64,000 nucleotides of DNA, from the NCBI GenBank assembly GCA_963675295.2, contig CAXXKJ010000002.1:1504001-1568000 (forward strand), written 5' to 3'. A model generated the notes under the pieces. It was not told the DNA's origin, searched no databases, and saw nothing but the letters and a program-made list of their open reading frames with translations. Positions 1 to 10,781 of the stretch are shown here, piece after piece. A program made the translations under genes and the position numbers. The DNA comes from a bacterium. GTDB taxonomy: Bacteria > Electryoneota > Electryoneia > Electryoneales > Electryoneaceae. The number at the start of each line of letters is the position of its first letter. Position 1 is the first letter of the stretch.

Positions 1-3000
1 ATCGGCTGGTCGCACAAATTCAGGACCTGCACCAGTAGTGATAACCATCAGATCACCCCTGAATCCCCTGACAGCTTCGAGGTCGCGGCCTAGTCGCTCC
101 TCAAAGCTGTTGTGTCTAGCATCCCGATCTCCTAGATGGATTACCACCCATCCTGTACTCTGATTTCCATTGCCTCTGACAACCAGATCCACCAACAAAA
201 GACCTTCATCACTTCCAGGGATGGTTTGTCTGCCTTCGCGTTCAAGAAGCAGTTGAACCAGCAGGCACATCTTTTGGCGGTCCTGTAACTCCAGTTGCTC
301 CAAGGTCAATGGTTTTTCTTCTGGAAGAATCTCGACCGCGAGTGCTTCTTTAAGCTCATCGGCACGCACCGTTGTCATGGCTGTCGGAGTTATCACATTC
401 TTCATCAAACCGCGTTTCCAAGTCAACAGATCATGTAATCGTTCCTCAACTGTTTTCCATGTGCCATCTGGAGACGTTGTCATGGGATAGTAGACTGTTA
501 CGTCTTTCGTTTGTCCGATACGATACACACGGTCAGTCGCTTGACTTTCTTTTGCAGGATTCCACAATCGTGTGTAATGAATGACATGGTTGGCCGCCAC
601 AATGTTTAAACCCATACCAGCCACATCTGGAGACAAGATCAGCACGGCGAATCCATCCCTGTGCTGGAAATGATCAACCTTCTTCTTTCGACCTGCAACA
701 GGAGTATCACCATTCAGAATTCCGACGACAATCCCAGATCCGAACTCGTGTTCAATCGCAAGTTGAAGGATCATCTGCATACGTTTCAAACGTGTAAAGA
801 TGAGTACTTTTTCGCCTTTCTTTTGGATATCCCTTAACCATTTAATTGTCTGGGTCAGCTTAGGGGACTCTTCGATAAGATCGCGTACCTCCCTCATGGT
901 TAAGTCGGAACGTGACAGTAGTGCAGGATGATCAGACAGCATCAGAAGGCTGATCAATACACCAAGCGTTTGACGGGGTTCATCGGTGGCAATACGCACA
1001 TACGTACCGTATAGTGAAAGCTGACGTGGAGACAATGGTAACGGTTTAGGCTCTTCTTTCTTTATAGGTAGATCGGGAAGATGTTCTTCCTTTGTACGCC
1101 GTAAAAGTAGTTTCTCTTCGTCAAATTTTGTTTTGAGTTCATCCAAGTAGTTTTCCGGAATAGTTTGACTCGGTTTGGCTGCATACTTTTTTTCAAACTC
1201 TTTCTGGCTTTCCAGCAATCCAGGACGTGCAAAGTCAGTCAAGCACCATAGGTCGACAAGAGAGTTTTCGACTGGTGTAGCCGTACACACAATACGGCGG
1301 CGTCCTTGCATAGCTTTTACTGCATTTGTAACAAGTGTAGTTGGATTTTTAATTCGTTGAGCTTCATCGCAGATGATCGCCTCGAATTGAATACTCCCGA
1401 GACTGATCTGGTACGCACGAACAGCTTCGTAATGACATACTACAATACCCGCCTCACGGATCAGGTTTAGTCCTTTCTCTGTCAGGGCATTGCACCGGAC
1501 CGATCGTTCTTCACCGTCTTTTGTCCGAACGATTGATTTCTTCGTTCGGAAATCCGGTCTGCTAAAAAACTCTGAATCCAACACCAGTAGACGCTTTTGG
1601 ACCTGACTACTAAATCGAATCGTGATTTCTTCGCGCCAAACATCAACCACACTTAGCGGAGCAATCACGAGGAATGGCCCCTTTGCGCCAGATTCAATAG
1701 CCTGAATCATATAGGACAGCACCTGCAGGGTTTTCCCTAGCCCCATGTCGTCCGCCAAGATCCCGCCAGTCTTTCCCCGATGAACGCTTTGTAACCATGC
1801 CAATCCATACAACTGGTGAGGGAAAAGGGTGATCTCTGGTAACAACGATGTCGGTTGCAGTGGGGGATCCATTCCTGGTGGCGTTCTGCCATCCTGGAAT
1901 TCAGTAGAATCAAGGTTGGTTGAGATCAACAAGTGCTTCGGAGTATCATCTTCGCCAGGATCTTTCTTTTCTGTGATCGCCAGCCCCTCTTCCGAGAGCT
2001 CTATCTCCTTGGTGCGAATCAACCACTCAATGAGTCGATCATCACGTTCGAATAGCTGTCCCTTGTATTCGAGTTCGCTAGACTCACAGGCCACGGCTTC
2101 TTGCAAAGCTGTGCGAAGTTCTTGGATATCATCTAGTGATTCAATACGTATCTGTCTCGCCGGAAGAAGTCCAACTTCTGGATCGAGCTCTAGAACAAGC
2201 TCATCCCATTGTTGGGACATACCCCCGCCTCCTGGCGGCGGATTTGTCCTGAACAGTAGACTACCAATATCCACTACACGGGTTGAATATTGCTCCAGAT
2301 CAAACACTGGGGATTCAAGGAAAAGACCAGGATTTTGATGAAACATCCGGGCTTCATCAGGAGTCAATTGCCCCTTATCCTTCAGCTCTTTGATACCATA
2401 CCGAACAGGCTCTTCCATCAACACGCGCACCGGTTTTCCTCCACTCCGAGTGCCGTGAAAAGGAAGATCCGGTCTGCTTAGGCCTCGTCTTGTGAATCCT
2501 TCAACAGCGTCTGGTGGAATCACCGGTTTTGCAGGTTCATCGGGTTGGTCATCCGGTCTGTGTCCTGGAATAGGGATAATTTCAGCCGATCCATCTTCGT
2601 GTGGTTTTAAGACGGGAATGATTGCGTTGGGTTCGACGACTTGCTCTGCATCAATGAATTTGCTGACCTTGGCACCCGCAGCCTCTGCCAGTTCCTTGAC
2701 ACGTTTGAATTGCTTCAGGTTGTGAGCCATGACATCTGCTGGCGACAAATCCTCAGCTGGAGGATTTGCGTTCGCCGCCTGAACCGCACTAACCATCTGG
2801 TGCTGTTTCAAAGTCAGTCGGTATGCAAGCTGTCCGATCATCACTTGGCCCTGGTTCAGACCGGCATCCGTCAGCTCAACGCCGTCCTTCCCTATCAAGC
2901 GGATGCGGTAGCGGAAGTCTTTGTCTTTGAAATTGCCGATATCTTCAAGACGCAATTTCCCAGGAAATTTTGGTGGCCAACCAAGCAGATCAATCTGTTC

Positions 3001-3183
3001 GTCATCCAAACTGAGCAGACGACTGACAGTAGTTTGCCAAACCCCATCCACAACCTCAGCCGTCCCGTTTGCCTCCATCACTTTCATGATTGCAATACGG
3101 CGCGATCCAAGAAAGGATTCAGGATTATTAATAGAAATCGATATTTTATCTGTGTGGTCTTCGAACGTGTCGATAGGAATCAC
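1..3183 (-). CDS. zorD: ZorD-like SNF2/SWI2 helicase-ATPase (3' end runs off the window)
   Basis: Not in the ORF track because it has no stop in the window; translated by hand. GTG at 3183 overlaps the zorC stop (GTGA). Motifs: FDLEQYSTRVVDIG (ZorD-like N-terminal motif), GGILADDMGLGKT (Walker A), IICDEAQRIKNP, TATPVEN, HYTRLWNPAKESQATDRVYRIGQ (helicase C). Fourth gene of a zorABC operon. Confidence 0.9.
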   Translation of the reverse strand, partial: MIPIDTFEDHTDKISISINNPESFLGSRRIAIMKVMEANGTAEVVDGVWQTTVSRLLSLDDEQIDLLGWPPKFPGKLRLEDIGNFKDKDFRYRIRLIGKDGVELTDAGLNQGQVMIGQLAYRLTLKQHQMVSAVQAANANPPAEDLSPADVMAHNLKQFKRVKELAEAAGAKVSKFIDAEQVVEPNAIIPVLKPHEDGSAEIIPIPGHRPDDQPDEPAKPVIPPDAVEGFTRRGLSRPDLPFHGTRSGGKPVRVLMEEPVRYGIKELKDKGQLTPDEARMFHQNPGLFLESPVFDLEQYSTRVVDIGSLLFRTNPPPGGGGMSQQWDELVLELDPEVGLLPARQIRIESLDDIQELRTALQEAVACESSELEYKGQLFERDDRLIEWLIRTKEIELSEEGLAITEKKDPGEDDTPKHLLISTNLDSTEFQDGRTPPGMDPPLQPTSLLPEITLFPHQLYGLAWLQSVHRGKTGGILADDMGLGKTLQVLSYMIQAIESGAKGPFLVIAPLSVVDVWREEITIRFSSQVQKRLLVLDSEFFSRPDFRTKKSIVRTKDGEERSVRCNALTEKGLNLIREAGIVVCHYEAVRAYQISLGSIQFEAIICDEAQRIKNPTTLVTNAVKAMQGRRRIVCTATPVENSLVDLWCLTDFARPGLLESQKEFEKKYAAKPSQTIPENYLDELKTKFDEEKLLLRRTKEEHLPDLPIKKEEPKPLPLSPRQLSLYGTYVRIATDEPRQTLGVLISLLMLSDHPALLSRSDLTMREVRDLIEESPKLTQTIKWLRDIQKKGEKVLIFTRLKRMQMILQLAIEHEFGSGIVVGILNGDTPVAGRKKKVDHFQHRDGFAVLILSPDVAGMGLNIVAANHVIHYTRLWNPAKESQATDRVYRIGQTKDVTVYYPMTTSPDGTWKTVEERLHDLLTWKRGLMKNVITPTAMTTVRADELKEALAVEILPEEKPLTLEQLELQDRQKMCLLVQLLLEREGRQTIPGSDEGLLLVDLVVRGNGNQSTGWVVIHLGDRDARHNSFEERLGRDLEAVRGFRGDLMVITTGAGPEFVRPAD

Positions 3184-4475
3184 ATGTGCCCCCGGATATG
3201 GGATTCAACAACTTGCTGCCAACCTGGGACGTGACGCTTGTAGAACCAACCCTCCGGCAAATTCAAGAAGAAGCCCGGATGATCCAGCATAGGACCTTTG
3301 TAGTCTCTGGGAACGTCAAACTGGGTATCCCATTGAATAGGTCCATTATCTGGATAGATATACACCCCCGCCTCACCATGCCTGCAGGAATCGAGCAGAA
3401 TCAACCTGCCTATCTTTATCATGATTGTGGGTAAGGATAAGGGAGATAATTGAAAATCCAAGTGTTGTCTCAGATGGTTCACCCGATAACTTTCTACAAA
3501 AAAACGTAAATCATCCACCAAATTGCTCAAACGTAGATAAAACATCTTTCGATCAGGATCTTCCACAAGCTCATCTAGGAATCGTTTGATATTTTTTCGA
3601 ACCAACCAATTCCACAATTTTTTCCTTGCACTTTCTATCAGATTAGGATTTTTCCAACCCCCAATATTTTGTCTACTTCCGAATTGATCCTTCGCAAACC
3701 AAGCAAAACTATCATTGTCGCTTAACCATTCGACATTTTGACAATAGTGACTAATGACTTTCGCAAAAGTGTCTTGATTTGCTTCGTGTAACAACCCCAA
3801 TCTAACCGGGTGACGATTGTCAAAACTGAAGTCACCCAACAATTCATGCTGAAATTCTTCGATCCGGCCATGAGAAAAAATGGATTCACAAACCTCAGCA
3901 AGGACCCACGAACCGAACTCTGTATTTCCTAAGGCTAGATCATGCCATCTATCTTTCAGACCTTGTCCTTCATGTACCAGCTGCTCCGCGACTTTGCCTG
4001 CAGATGGACAATACGGAAGAATAGTCCGCAATCGATTTAACAATGGAGTTTCATATTGTGGTTGCAAAGCAACGTTTCGGATACGATCAAGCAGGCTTTC
4101 ATGCTCTGGTTTCTGATACCAGAGCTTCACAGCAGGCATCAGCCACGAGTTGTACCAGCGCTCATGAAGAAGGGTGTCTAATACGTGTTCTGCTACTGCC
4201 CTAGCTTGGTTCAGATAAGGATATTCTTCCAAAGGAACTGAAGGCCAACCCTCGACAAATTCAAAGAGAAGCAGGCGAACCTCCCTAGTTCGTCTGTACC
4301 AGCGTTCAATCAGATCCGACTCACTGAATCGATCGACATCCCGTTCTAGTATCCTGAGAACTTCTAACGCCTTCATCTCCGGCGGTGGTTCAGTTTCCGC
4401 AGCCTCAAGCTTCCGTGCAATTTGGCGAAGCTTGACTGGCTCAACGTTGATTTTCACTTCGAAGGGTCTCAACAT
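3180..4475 (-). CDS. zorC: ZorC-like EH-signature domain protein
   Basis: 431 aa between zorB and the SNF2 gene. C-terminal 'DPDRKMFY...IMIKIGRLILLDS..GEAGVYIY...RHVPGWQ' resembles the EH_signature pattern. Confidence 0.75.
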   Translation of the reverse strand: MLRPFEVKINVEPVKLRQIARKLEAAETEPPPEMKALEVLRILERDVDRFSESDLIERWYRRTREVRLLLFEFVEGWPSVPLEEYPYLNQARAVAEHVLDTLLHERWYNSWLMPAVKLWYQKPEHESLLDRIRNVALQPQYETPLLNRLRTILPYCPSAGKVAEQLVHEGQGLKDRWHDLALGNTEFGSWVLAEVCESIFSHGRIEEFQHELLGDFSFDNRHPVRLGLLHEANQDTFAKVISHYCQNVEWLSDNDSFAWFAKDQFGSRQNIGGWKNPNLIESARKKLWNWLVRKNIKRFLDELVEDPDRKMFYLRLSNLVDDLRFFVESYRVNHLRQHLDFQLSPLSLPTIMIKIGRLILLDSCRHGEAGVYIYPDNGPIQWDTQFDVPRDYKGPMLDHPGFFLNLPEGWFYKRHVPGWQQVVESHIRGHM

Positions 4476-4477
4476 GT

Positions 4478-5281
4478 TTAATTCTCCTGAAGAATCTTGC
4501 GAATATCTTCGAGGTATTGTTCGTCATTAAGTCTGAATTTGAATTCTACACGACGGGATTTTTCAAAATCTATGTTTGTTGAATTTGAATTCAATTTCCC
4601 TGTTTCGATCAGGGAATACGGTACTACTTGAATGCGATGGTTTAAAGAATCGACAAGTTCGGAATAACTACGACCGTTTGCCGTTAAACGTTCTTTCAAT
4701 GGTATCTCGTAGTCCTGAAGGTAGATCAATCGATTGTTTTTTGCGTCATAGTTTGCATTTAGAATGTGCCTTGCTACTTCCAGAGCTCGACGTTGGCTGA
4801 GCTCAAGGTTATAATCGTAGGACTGCGCAAATCGGCTATAACTTGTTCCGCTTTGGGGCTGAGGGTCGGTATGTCCTTCGATGATGATTTGAGTGACTTC
4901 ATTCCGAAAGTCAGGGGAAAGTAAAACATGCAAATAGATCGGGATAAACTGGTCTATAGTGTCAAGACCAGCCTTTGTCAACTCGCTCTCACCCGTGGCA
5001 AAAAGTATGTCGCTGGATAATTTGATTGCACCTGTCTGTTGATCCACCTCAATCTTAACTCCTTCTTCATCAAAAGCAGCACGAAGTCTTTTTATAATCT
5101 CATCCTTGATCACTGTGATTCGTTCCGCGCGATCACGTTGCACGTCTACTTCCCGTTGCAAACGTAGCATGGTAACGACCAACAACAAGATGAACATCAA
5201 TAACAAAGCTGCCATCAAATCACTGAATGACAACAGGAATGGGTTTTCAGACGTTTCGGCCTCTTTCGAATGATACCACAT
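4478..5281 (-). CDS. zorB: ZorB, MotB/OmpA-family peptidoglycan-binding membrane protein
   Basis: N-terminal TM with conserved Asp (SFSDLMAALLLMFILL). OmpA-like motifs IIIEGHTD, NLELSQRRA, SRRVEFKF. Directly downstream of zorA. Confidence 0.9.
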   Translation of the reverse strand: MWYHSKEAETSENPFLLSFSDLMAALLLMFILLLVVTMLRLQREVDVQRDRAERITVIKDEIIKRLRAAFDEEGVKIEVDQQTGAIKLSSDILFATGESELTKAGLDTIDQFIPIYLHVLLSPDFRNEVTQIIIEGHTDPQPQSGTSYSRFAQSYDYNLELSQRRALEVARHILNANYDAKNNRLIYLQDYEIPLKERLTANGRSYSELVDSLNHRIQVVPYSLIETGKLNSNSTNIDFEKSRRVEFKFRLNDEQYLEDIRKILQEN

Positions 5282-5284
5282 GAA

Positions 5285-7222
5285 TTACTCCCTGCCGATG
5301 GGCTCATTAGCATCAGTAATACCCCGACCATTCTTATCGAGACCGTCCAACAACCCTGCAAAGGCACCTTCAAGTTGATCAATTGATGAGCGTAGGCTTC
5401 CTGCAACGCGTGACATCTCTCTATCATAGTTTACAAGGTTTTCTGTAATAGCATTGTTCACTCTCTCTGTGAAATCTCTGATGCCATTTTTGATCGCTTC
5501 GTCAAGCTCTTCAAATCCTTCCGCATGAGTATTCCATAGATCAGCCGCTTTCTGTACTGCTTGGTTGAAGTTTTCAATTACTTGTCCCTGCTCGGTGATC
5601 GTTTGACTTAATTTAGCGTTTATGTCAGCTCCTTTGTGAACTACGTTAGATGCATCTTCCATCATCTTTTGAACTGCCGCAACTCGATCTGCTGTGTCAG
5701 CATTGGCTTGGATTATGGAATCTGTAGCAAGCTTCGAATTCTCGAGTAATGATTCTGCTTTTTCTGCGAAGTCTCCCAGATCGTCCATCACTCCTTGGAA
5801 ATCACGTGCCGCGTCAGCCAACAGCGTTGCCTGTTGATCGAATTGACTCATCGTCGTTCGCACACTGGTCATGATCTCACTGAACTCTTCTGCCAGATGC
5901 TCCTGTCGCCCGATAGTGTCCAGAATGGAGCGGGCCTTCACTTCGGCCTGTTCCATTGCTGAGGACAACGTCACAGCAACTTCATTAGCTCGATCCACTG
6001 CAGACGTGACTTCATCCATAGATGTGGAGAGGGTTGCTGCTGCAGCAACCTGTCGTTCATTGTGTGCTTCTAAGTCGGTGAACCGTTCTCCAAGCTGATT
6101 GCCAACCTGCCTGAGTTGCCCCATTAACTCCAGCTGAAAATTAGAGGCATCCTCAAGGCGGCTACGTGCTTCAGCAGTTGCCTCTTCGTTCAGAATCGCA
6201 CCTTCTTCAAACTTTTCACGCGTTTGGTTCATCTGCTCAAGGATTGTATTCATCACATTTGCGCTATTCCCGATTGTGTCCGCAGCTTCTGCGAGTGATT
6301 CAGCCAGACGTTCCCTTTGTGCTCCAGCAGCACCTTCCATTGCAACCGCGAACTTGGCCACCATCTGTTCAAGAGCGTCTTGGTTCATTCCGGCTAGCTT
6401 ATCAGCCATCGCATCCATCGATTCCTTAAGCCCCTCAATAGCTGGCTTGAGGTTCTCGTCCATGGCAGAGTTGAACGATTCCGTGAGGGGATCGACTAGG
6501 GCTTCTGCAAGATCGTTCGCGAGTGATTTTGACGTCTGCACCAGTTCATCGGTGCGTTCGAGCTGCCTCCGATTGAAGTCTTCAATGCTTCGTAGGTACA
6601 TCTCAGGAGTGTGACGGATGAAAAGGTAGTCGATTCGGTCGATGATTTTATTGTATTGCATCCGAAGTTGATGATCAGCCGTGTTCCCGACCGACCGTAG
6701 AACCAAGGAGAGCAAGATTCCGACAGCTGAGGTAGCAAAAGCTATCCAGATCCCGCCGATCATCTGCGTTGTAGCCTCTACCAGGTCGTCGGCATTGCCC
6801 AAGTTCAGACGAAAAAGGCCGATCATCAAACCAACGAACGTTCCAAGGATCCCAAGCCCTGTCAGAGATTGAGGACCACTACGCCATATCTCGCGATCCA
6901 CATCTTTAAAAAGCAACTCGTGTTCGTTCAGGAATTCGCGTGGATTGACGGCGTTGTGTACATGATCGCCTTGAGTAGTCAGGCACTCTTTGAATTCGCG
7001 CCAGGCATCACCAAATCCGTGGATTTCAAGAAACTTGGTGCTAACATCCTCGAGATCTGTAGCGATCGTTTCGCGAGTGTATGGTTGAAGAATCGACTCA
7101 ATTTTCTGGAGACGTGCAAGTACTTTTAGACGGTGTCGGCTGAGACGAATGAGGTTCAGGATAAACCAGACGACGATGACAAGTACAAATGCTGCCGTGA
7201 CAGCGAGTGACCAAGGCTGCAT
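5285..7222 (-). CDS. zorA: ZorA, MotA-like channel subunit with long helical cytoplasmic tail
   Basis: Three TM segments including LTGLGILGTFVGL and AFATSAVGILLSL (MotA/TolQ/ExbB type), then ~450 aa of Ala/Glu/Gln-rich helical tail. Confidence 0.9.
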   Translation of the reverse strand: MQPWSLAVTAAFVLVIVVWFILNLIRLSRHRLKVLARLQKIESILQPYTRETIATDLEDVSTKFLEIHGFGDAWREFKECLTTQGDHVHNAVNPREFLNEHELLFKDVDREIWRSGPQSLTGLGILGTFVGLMIGLFRLNLGNADDLVEATTQMIGGIWIAFATSAVGILLSLVLRSVGNTADHQLRMQYNKIIDRIDYLFIRHTPEMYLRSIEDFNRRQLERTDELVQTSKSLANDLAEALVDPLTESFNSAMDENLKPAIEGLKESMDAMADKLAGMNQDALEQMVAKFAVAMEGAAGAQRERLAESLAEAADTIGNSANVMNTILEQMNQTREKFEEGAILNEEATAEARSRLEDASNFQLELMGQLRQVGNQLGERFTDLEAHNERQVAAAATLSTSMDEVTSAVDRANEVAVTLSSAMEQAEVKARSILDTIGRQEHLAEEFSEIMTSVRTTMSQFDQQATLLADAARDFQGVMDDLGDFAEKAESLLENSKLATDSIIQANADTADRVAAVQKMMEDASNVVHKGADINAKLSQTITEQGQVIENFNQAVQKAADLWNTHAEGFEELDEAIKNGIRDFTERVNNAITENLVNYDREMSRVAGSLRSSIDQLEGAFAGLLDGLDKNGRGITDANEPIGRE

Positions 7223-7447
7223 GTTTTCCCCCGCGACAATACTCTACGAAACCGATTATGAAATATAGTAGTTCCGAAACAGCCTAACACGTCGACTCTC
7301 TTGAAAAAGTAGTGGAATCAACCTCTAGGAGAAATGATGACGGAGAAAATGGAATATCTGCGAAGTAATGGAAGATAAGCTTTGGCGATCACTAAGCAGC
7401 TGTCTACTGTCTTCCAAACGTCAAGTCACAGCCGCCAAGCCGCGGTT

Positions 7448-8075
7448 TGACTTGTTCTGGCTGGTGCAAATCCGTATTCGGTAGGGCCGGTGTTTCCACC
7501 GTTCGAACCAGATCCAAACGAAGACCTGTGCGCGGTGGAAATCGCTATACAAGATGGGCACTCCGATCTGCTGAAAGCACACAACATCGATTTTGACCTA
7601 AACAGCCAGCTCGGTCTAAAGGTGCTTGAACATGCTTGTGCCTATGGAAGGCTATGTGTTGTAGAGGAATGTATTTCCAAAGGATTTGACCCAAAGCTGC
7701 TGGATGACCGCGCTTCTTCTTACCTGGAACGTTGCATCGATGGAATGCAATACTCGTGGGCTGTCGACCCCATCTGGGTCCAAAAACGTAATCCGATTGA
7801 ATCAATGCGATCAGCCGAAGCTATTGAAATAATTGATCTGTTTTGTCAGAACGGGGCCAGGTGGGAGCCTGTAAACCAATCGGATATCACAAAAGCACGT
7901 CGCGCGCTTTCTAAGGTTAACCCCCAAGCACACATTCGATTTCGTCAAGATCATGTCAAAGTACCAGGCGTGCAGTCGTGACGTGATGGACGAGCTTCTT
8001 GGTACGCCTGCAATCCAAAGGCATATCGTGGAATACGAGAAACAGCTAGGTCGTCAGCTCGGGAGACTGGTTTGA
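7448..8075 (+). pseudogene. Degraded ankyrin-repeat-like gene
   Basis: ORF 7490-7981 has ankyrin-like segments (AVEIAIQDGHSDLLK, LEHACAYGRLCVVEECISKGFDP). It is preceded in frame by TGA (7448) then LVLAGANPY. A protein-like continuation (FVKIMSKYQACSRDVMDELLGTPAIQRHI...) lies in another frame from ~7930 to TGA 8075. Confidence 0.55.
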
Positions 8076-8179
8076 GGAAAAGCCAACATCCACCTTGGGA
8101 TTTCCGTGTTTTTTCTTACTCTCTAGTGTAGATTGGACACAAACTACAACTCTGTTGTTTAGGTGCCCAGGGGGGAATC

Positions 8180-10489
8180 ATGCAGCGCGTCTTGTCAAGC
8201 TTGATCATCCTATTGACGAGCATTTCGACCGCAGCTTTGGCTGTACAGGTAGATGGGTACTGCTTCCTGGAAGGTGAGCAAAATCATGCAGGGACTAAGG
8301 TCGTATTCCTAGCTGCATCACCCAGCGCTGAGAGTGACTCCGTTTTTACTGCTCTGTCGGGGGAATATCAACGTGATCTTGTGCCTGGACTTTACGACGT
8401 GTATTTCTCCCATAATGGATTCTATGGACAGGAAATCATCGGGCAAAACTGCTATGATCCAATAACCCTGCAAGAAATAACACTCTTATCGATGGGGGTG
8501 GGAATTCCGATCTCAGGTCCGCAAAGCGGGATACTGGAATCAGCTACCTATTTGGTCGTCGAAAATATATCCGTCACTGAAGGAGACACCCTGGTGATAG
8601 AACCTGGGGCAATCTTTTTGTTTGATGGCATTTTTTCATTCACAATTGGACAAAACAGCATCTTGCAGTGCCGGGGAACCCTGATCGACAGTATCAAATT
8701 TACACCGAACTATGACAATGGTATTGCTGAGTGGGGCGGCATTAATATTTACGGATCGAGCTCGGATAACATCATTGAATATTCTATAATAACTGGCAGC
8801 GTTGGATCTGGGATTTCATGTTTCGGCTCCCCTACGATCAGCAACTGTAGCATCATTGGGAATTATGGAGACTGGGGCGGTGGTATTTACTGCGGTGGTT
8901 CTCCAACGATCAGCAACTGCAATATCAGTGGAAATTCGGGTGAGCAAGGAGGCGGAATTTGTTGTGAATGGTCCAGTGCTACAATAATCAACTGTGTCAT
9001 TAGTGGAAACTCGGTAGGCGGGGCTGGTTGGCTTGGCGGCGGAATATATTGCGACGAATCCTCGCCGGTAATTCGCAATTGCACAATCAGTGGGAATTCG
9101 GCACAAGGCGGCGGTGGGATCTACAGCGGTCTATCTAATACTACGATCAGTAATTGTAGCATTACTGACAACACGGGACGCGGAATTAGCGGAAGTGACG
9201 ACATCGAAATAACCTACAGTGATGTTTACAACAACAGCGGTGGTAATTTTGGCGGTTTTTTCAATCCAAACCTTGGGGTTCTAGTAACTACAAATACAAA
9301 TGGCGATTCCTGCGACGCATGGTTAAACATCTCACTCGATCCACTATATGTCGATCCAGACAACGGTGATTATCATCTCCAGGAAGGATCACCGTGTATC
9401 GACGCTGGTGACCCGGACAGTCCTTTAGACCCTGATGATACAGTCTCAGATATAGGTGCTTTTTTCTTCGCACATGAATTGGAACCTGAAATCAGTATAG
9501 TTTTTCCCAATGGCGGAGAAGAATGGTGGGTGCAAACCGATCATCCAATTACCTGGACTAATAACTTTATCGAAAACGTAAGTATTGAACTTTACGATGG
9601 CTCCGACCTATCGCTGATCCTCGCAAGCGACATCAGCAATTCAGGCGAATTCCTTTGGACAATACCTGAGGATCTAACGCCTGGTAAGGAATACACAATC
9701 CGCGTGTATATGACCAGCGATCCAGCTGTAGAAGACATAAGCGACGGTCCATTTCAGGTCCTCGCACCACCTTTTGTCACCCTTACACCGTTCGAACCAC
9801 CAATTATCATCGGTCCAAACGGTGGCGGGTACTGGTACTGGATGGTTGTGCTAAATCCGACCAATACGACAGGTTCTGGTCAGGCGTGGTCGCAGGTAAT
9901 TTTGCCAAACGGTTACACCTATGGCCCCTTGTTCACCGTGAACATCACACTTGGACCTGGTGAAACCTATGCACCTGCAACACCCTATGGACAGTGGGTG
10001 CCGTCTTACGCACCAGCCGGTACATACGAACAAGTCACGAGTATCGGCGTCTATCCAAACCTGGTCATGGACACCGACAGCTTCACATGGGAAAAGCTAC
10101 CTGGTGTGAATACATCAGCAAAACCAGTAGAAACTTGGTCGTTATCTGATTGGCCTTCTGAACCATCACAGCCTGGCGAGGATATCGTAGCAGCCGATCC
10201 ACAGCATGAATCCGCGCTACCTACTGCGTTCAAGGTTTCGGCAGCTTACCCCAATCCATTTAACGCCACTACCACAGTTACAGTCAGTCTACCTGAAGCA
10301 GCACTATTGGACGTTTCGATCTTCAACGTGATGGGTCAAAAAGTAGCAACTCTAGCTGATGGACAATATTCAGCAGGTCTACATAAACTGACGCTTACCG
10401 ATCCCAGCATGGCTACTGGTATCTACTTCATCCATACGTCCGTGCCAGGAAAGCTCGAGCAGGTGCAAAAGGTGGTTTTGGTGAGGTAG
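8180..10489 (+). CDS. Secreted right-handed beta-helix (pectin-lyase/Pmp-like repeat) protein with Ig-like domains and a C-terminal sorting domain
   Basis: Signal peptide; repeated GGGIYC..SSPTISNC.ISGN; DYHLQEGSPCIDAGDP; PNGGEEW Ig-like domain; C-terminal AYPNPFN...QKVVLVR. Confidence 0.85.
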   Translation: MQRVLSSLIILLTSISTAALAVQVDGYCFLEGEQNHAGTKVVFLAASPSAESDSVFTALSGEYQRDLVPGLYDVYFSHNGFYGQEIIGQNCYDPITLQEITLLSMGVGIPISGPQSGILESATYLVVENISVTEGDTLVIEPGAIFLFDGIFSFTIGQNSILQCRGTLIDSIKFTPNYDNGIAEWGGINIYGSSSDNIIEYSIITGSVGSGISCFGSPTISNCSIIGNYGDWGGGIYCGGSPTISNCNISGNSGEQGGGICCEWSSATIINCVISGNSVGGAGWLGGGIYCDESSPVIRNCTISGNSAQGGGGIYSGLSNTTISNCSITDNTGRGISGSDDIEITYSDVYNNSGGNFGGFFNPNLGVLVTTNTNGDSCDAWLNISLDPLYVDPDNGDYHLQEGSPCIDAGDPDSPLDPDDTVSDIGAFFFAHELEPEISIVFPNGGEEWWVQTDHPITWTNNFIENVSIELYDGSDLSLILASDISNSGEFLWTIPEDLTPGKEYTIRVYMTSDPAVEDISDGPFQVLAPPFVTLTPFEPPIIIGPNGGGYWYWMVVLNPTNTTGSGQAWSQVILPNGYTYGPLFTVNITLGPGETYAPATPYGQWVPSYAPAGTYEQVTSIGVYPNLVMDTDSFTWEKLPGVNTSAKPVETWSLSDWPSEPSQPGEDIVAADPQHESALPTAFKVSAAYPNPFNATTTVTVSLPEAALLDVSIFNVMGQKVATLADGQYSAGLHKLTLTDPSMATGIYFIHTSVPGKLEQVQKVVLVR

Positions 10490-10781
10490 AGTGTTAGCAA
10501 GCCTAATGAACTGAGTTTGCAAAAGCTACTCACACAAGGTCAATCGTGCCCACGAATATTGGTAGGCTCATTAGTCGCGGAAAAAGATGCATGTGCTGAC
10601 CATCGGCGCGTCCGGACCCAACACTCCCGAAATGGTCGCTGAATCAACCGACCACCAAATGTGGGAACTTTTCAGGTTGTTTTGGTAGGGAAAGTCTGGC
10701 ATAACAGAAATGCAAAACGTCATTTGAATTTGTATATTGAAAATCGCATTTCTTCAGGGACCTGGTTTCAGGGGGGTAATC

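Noticed and set aside
4478-7222. Flagellar stator motAB or a chemotaxis receptor
   Set aside because: The long helical tail on the MotA-like protein and linkage to EH-signature and SNF2 genes indicate Zorya.
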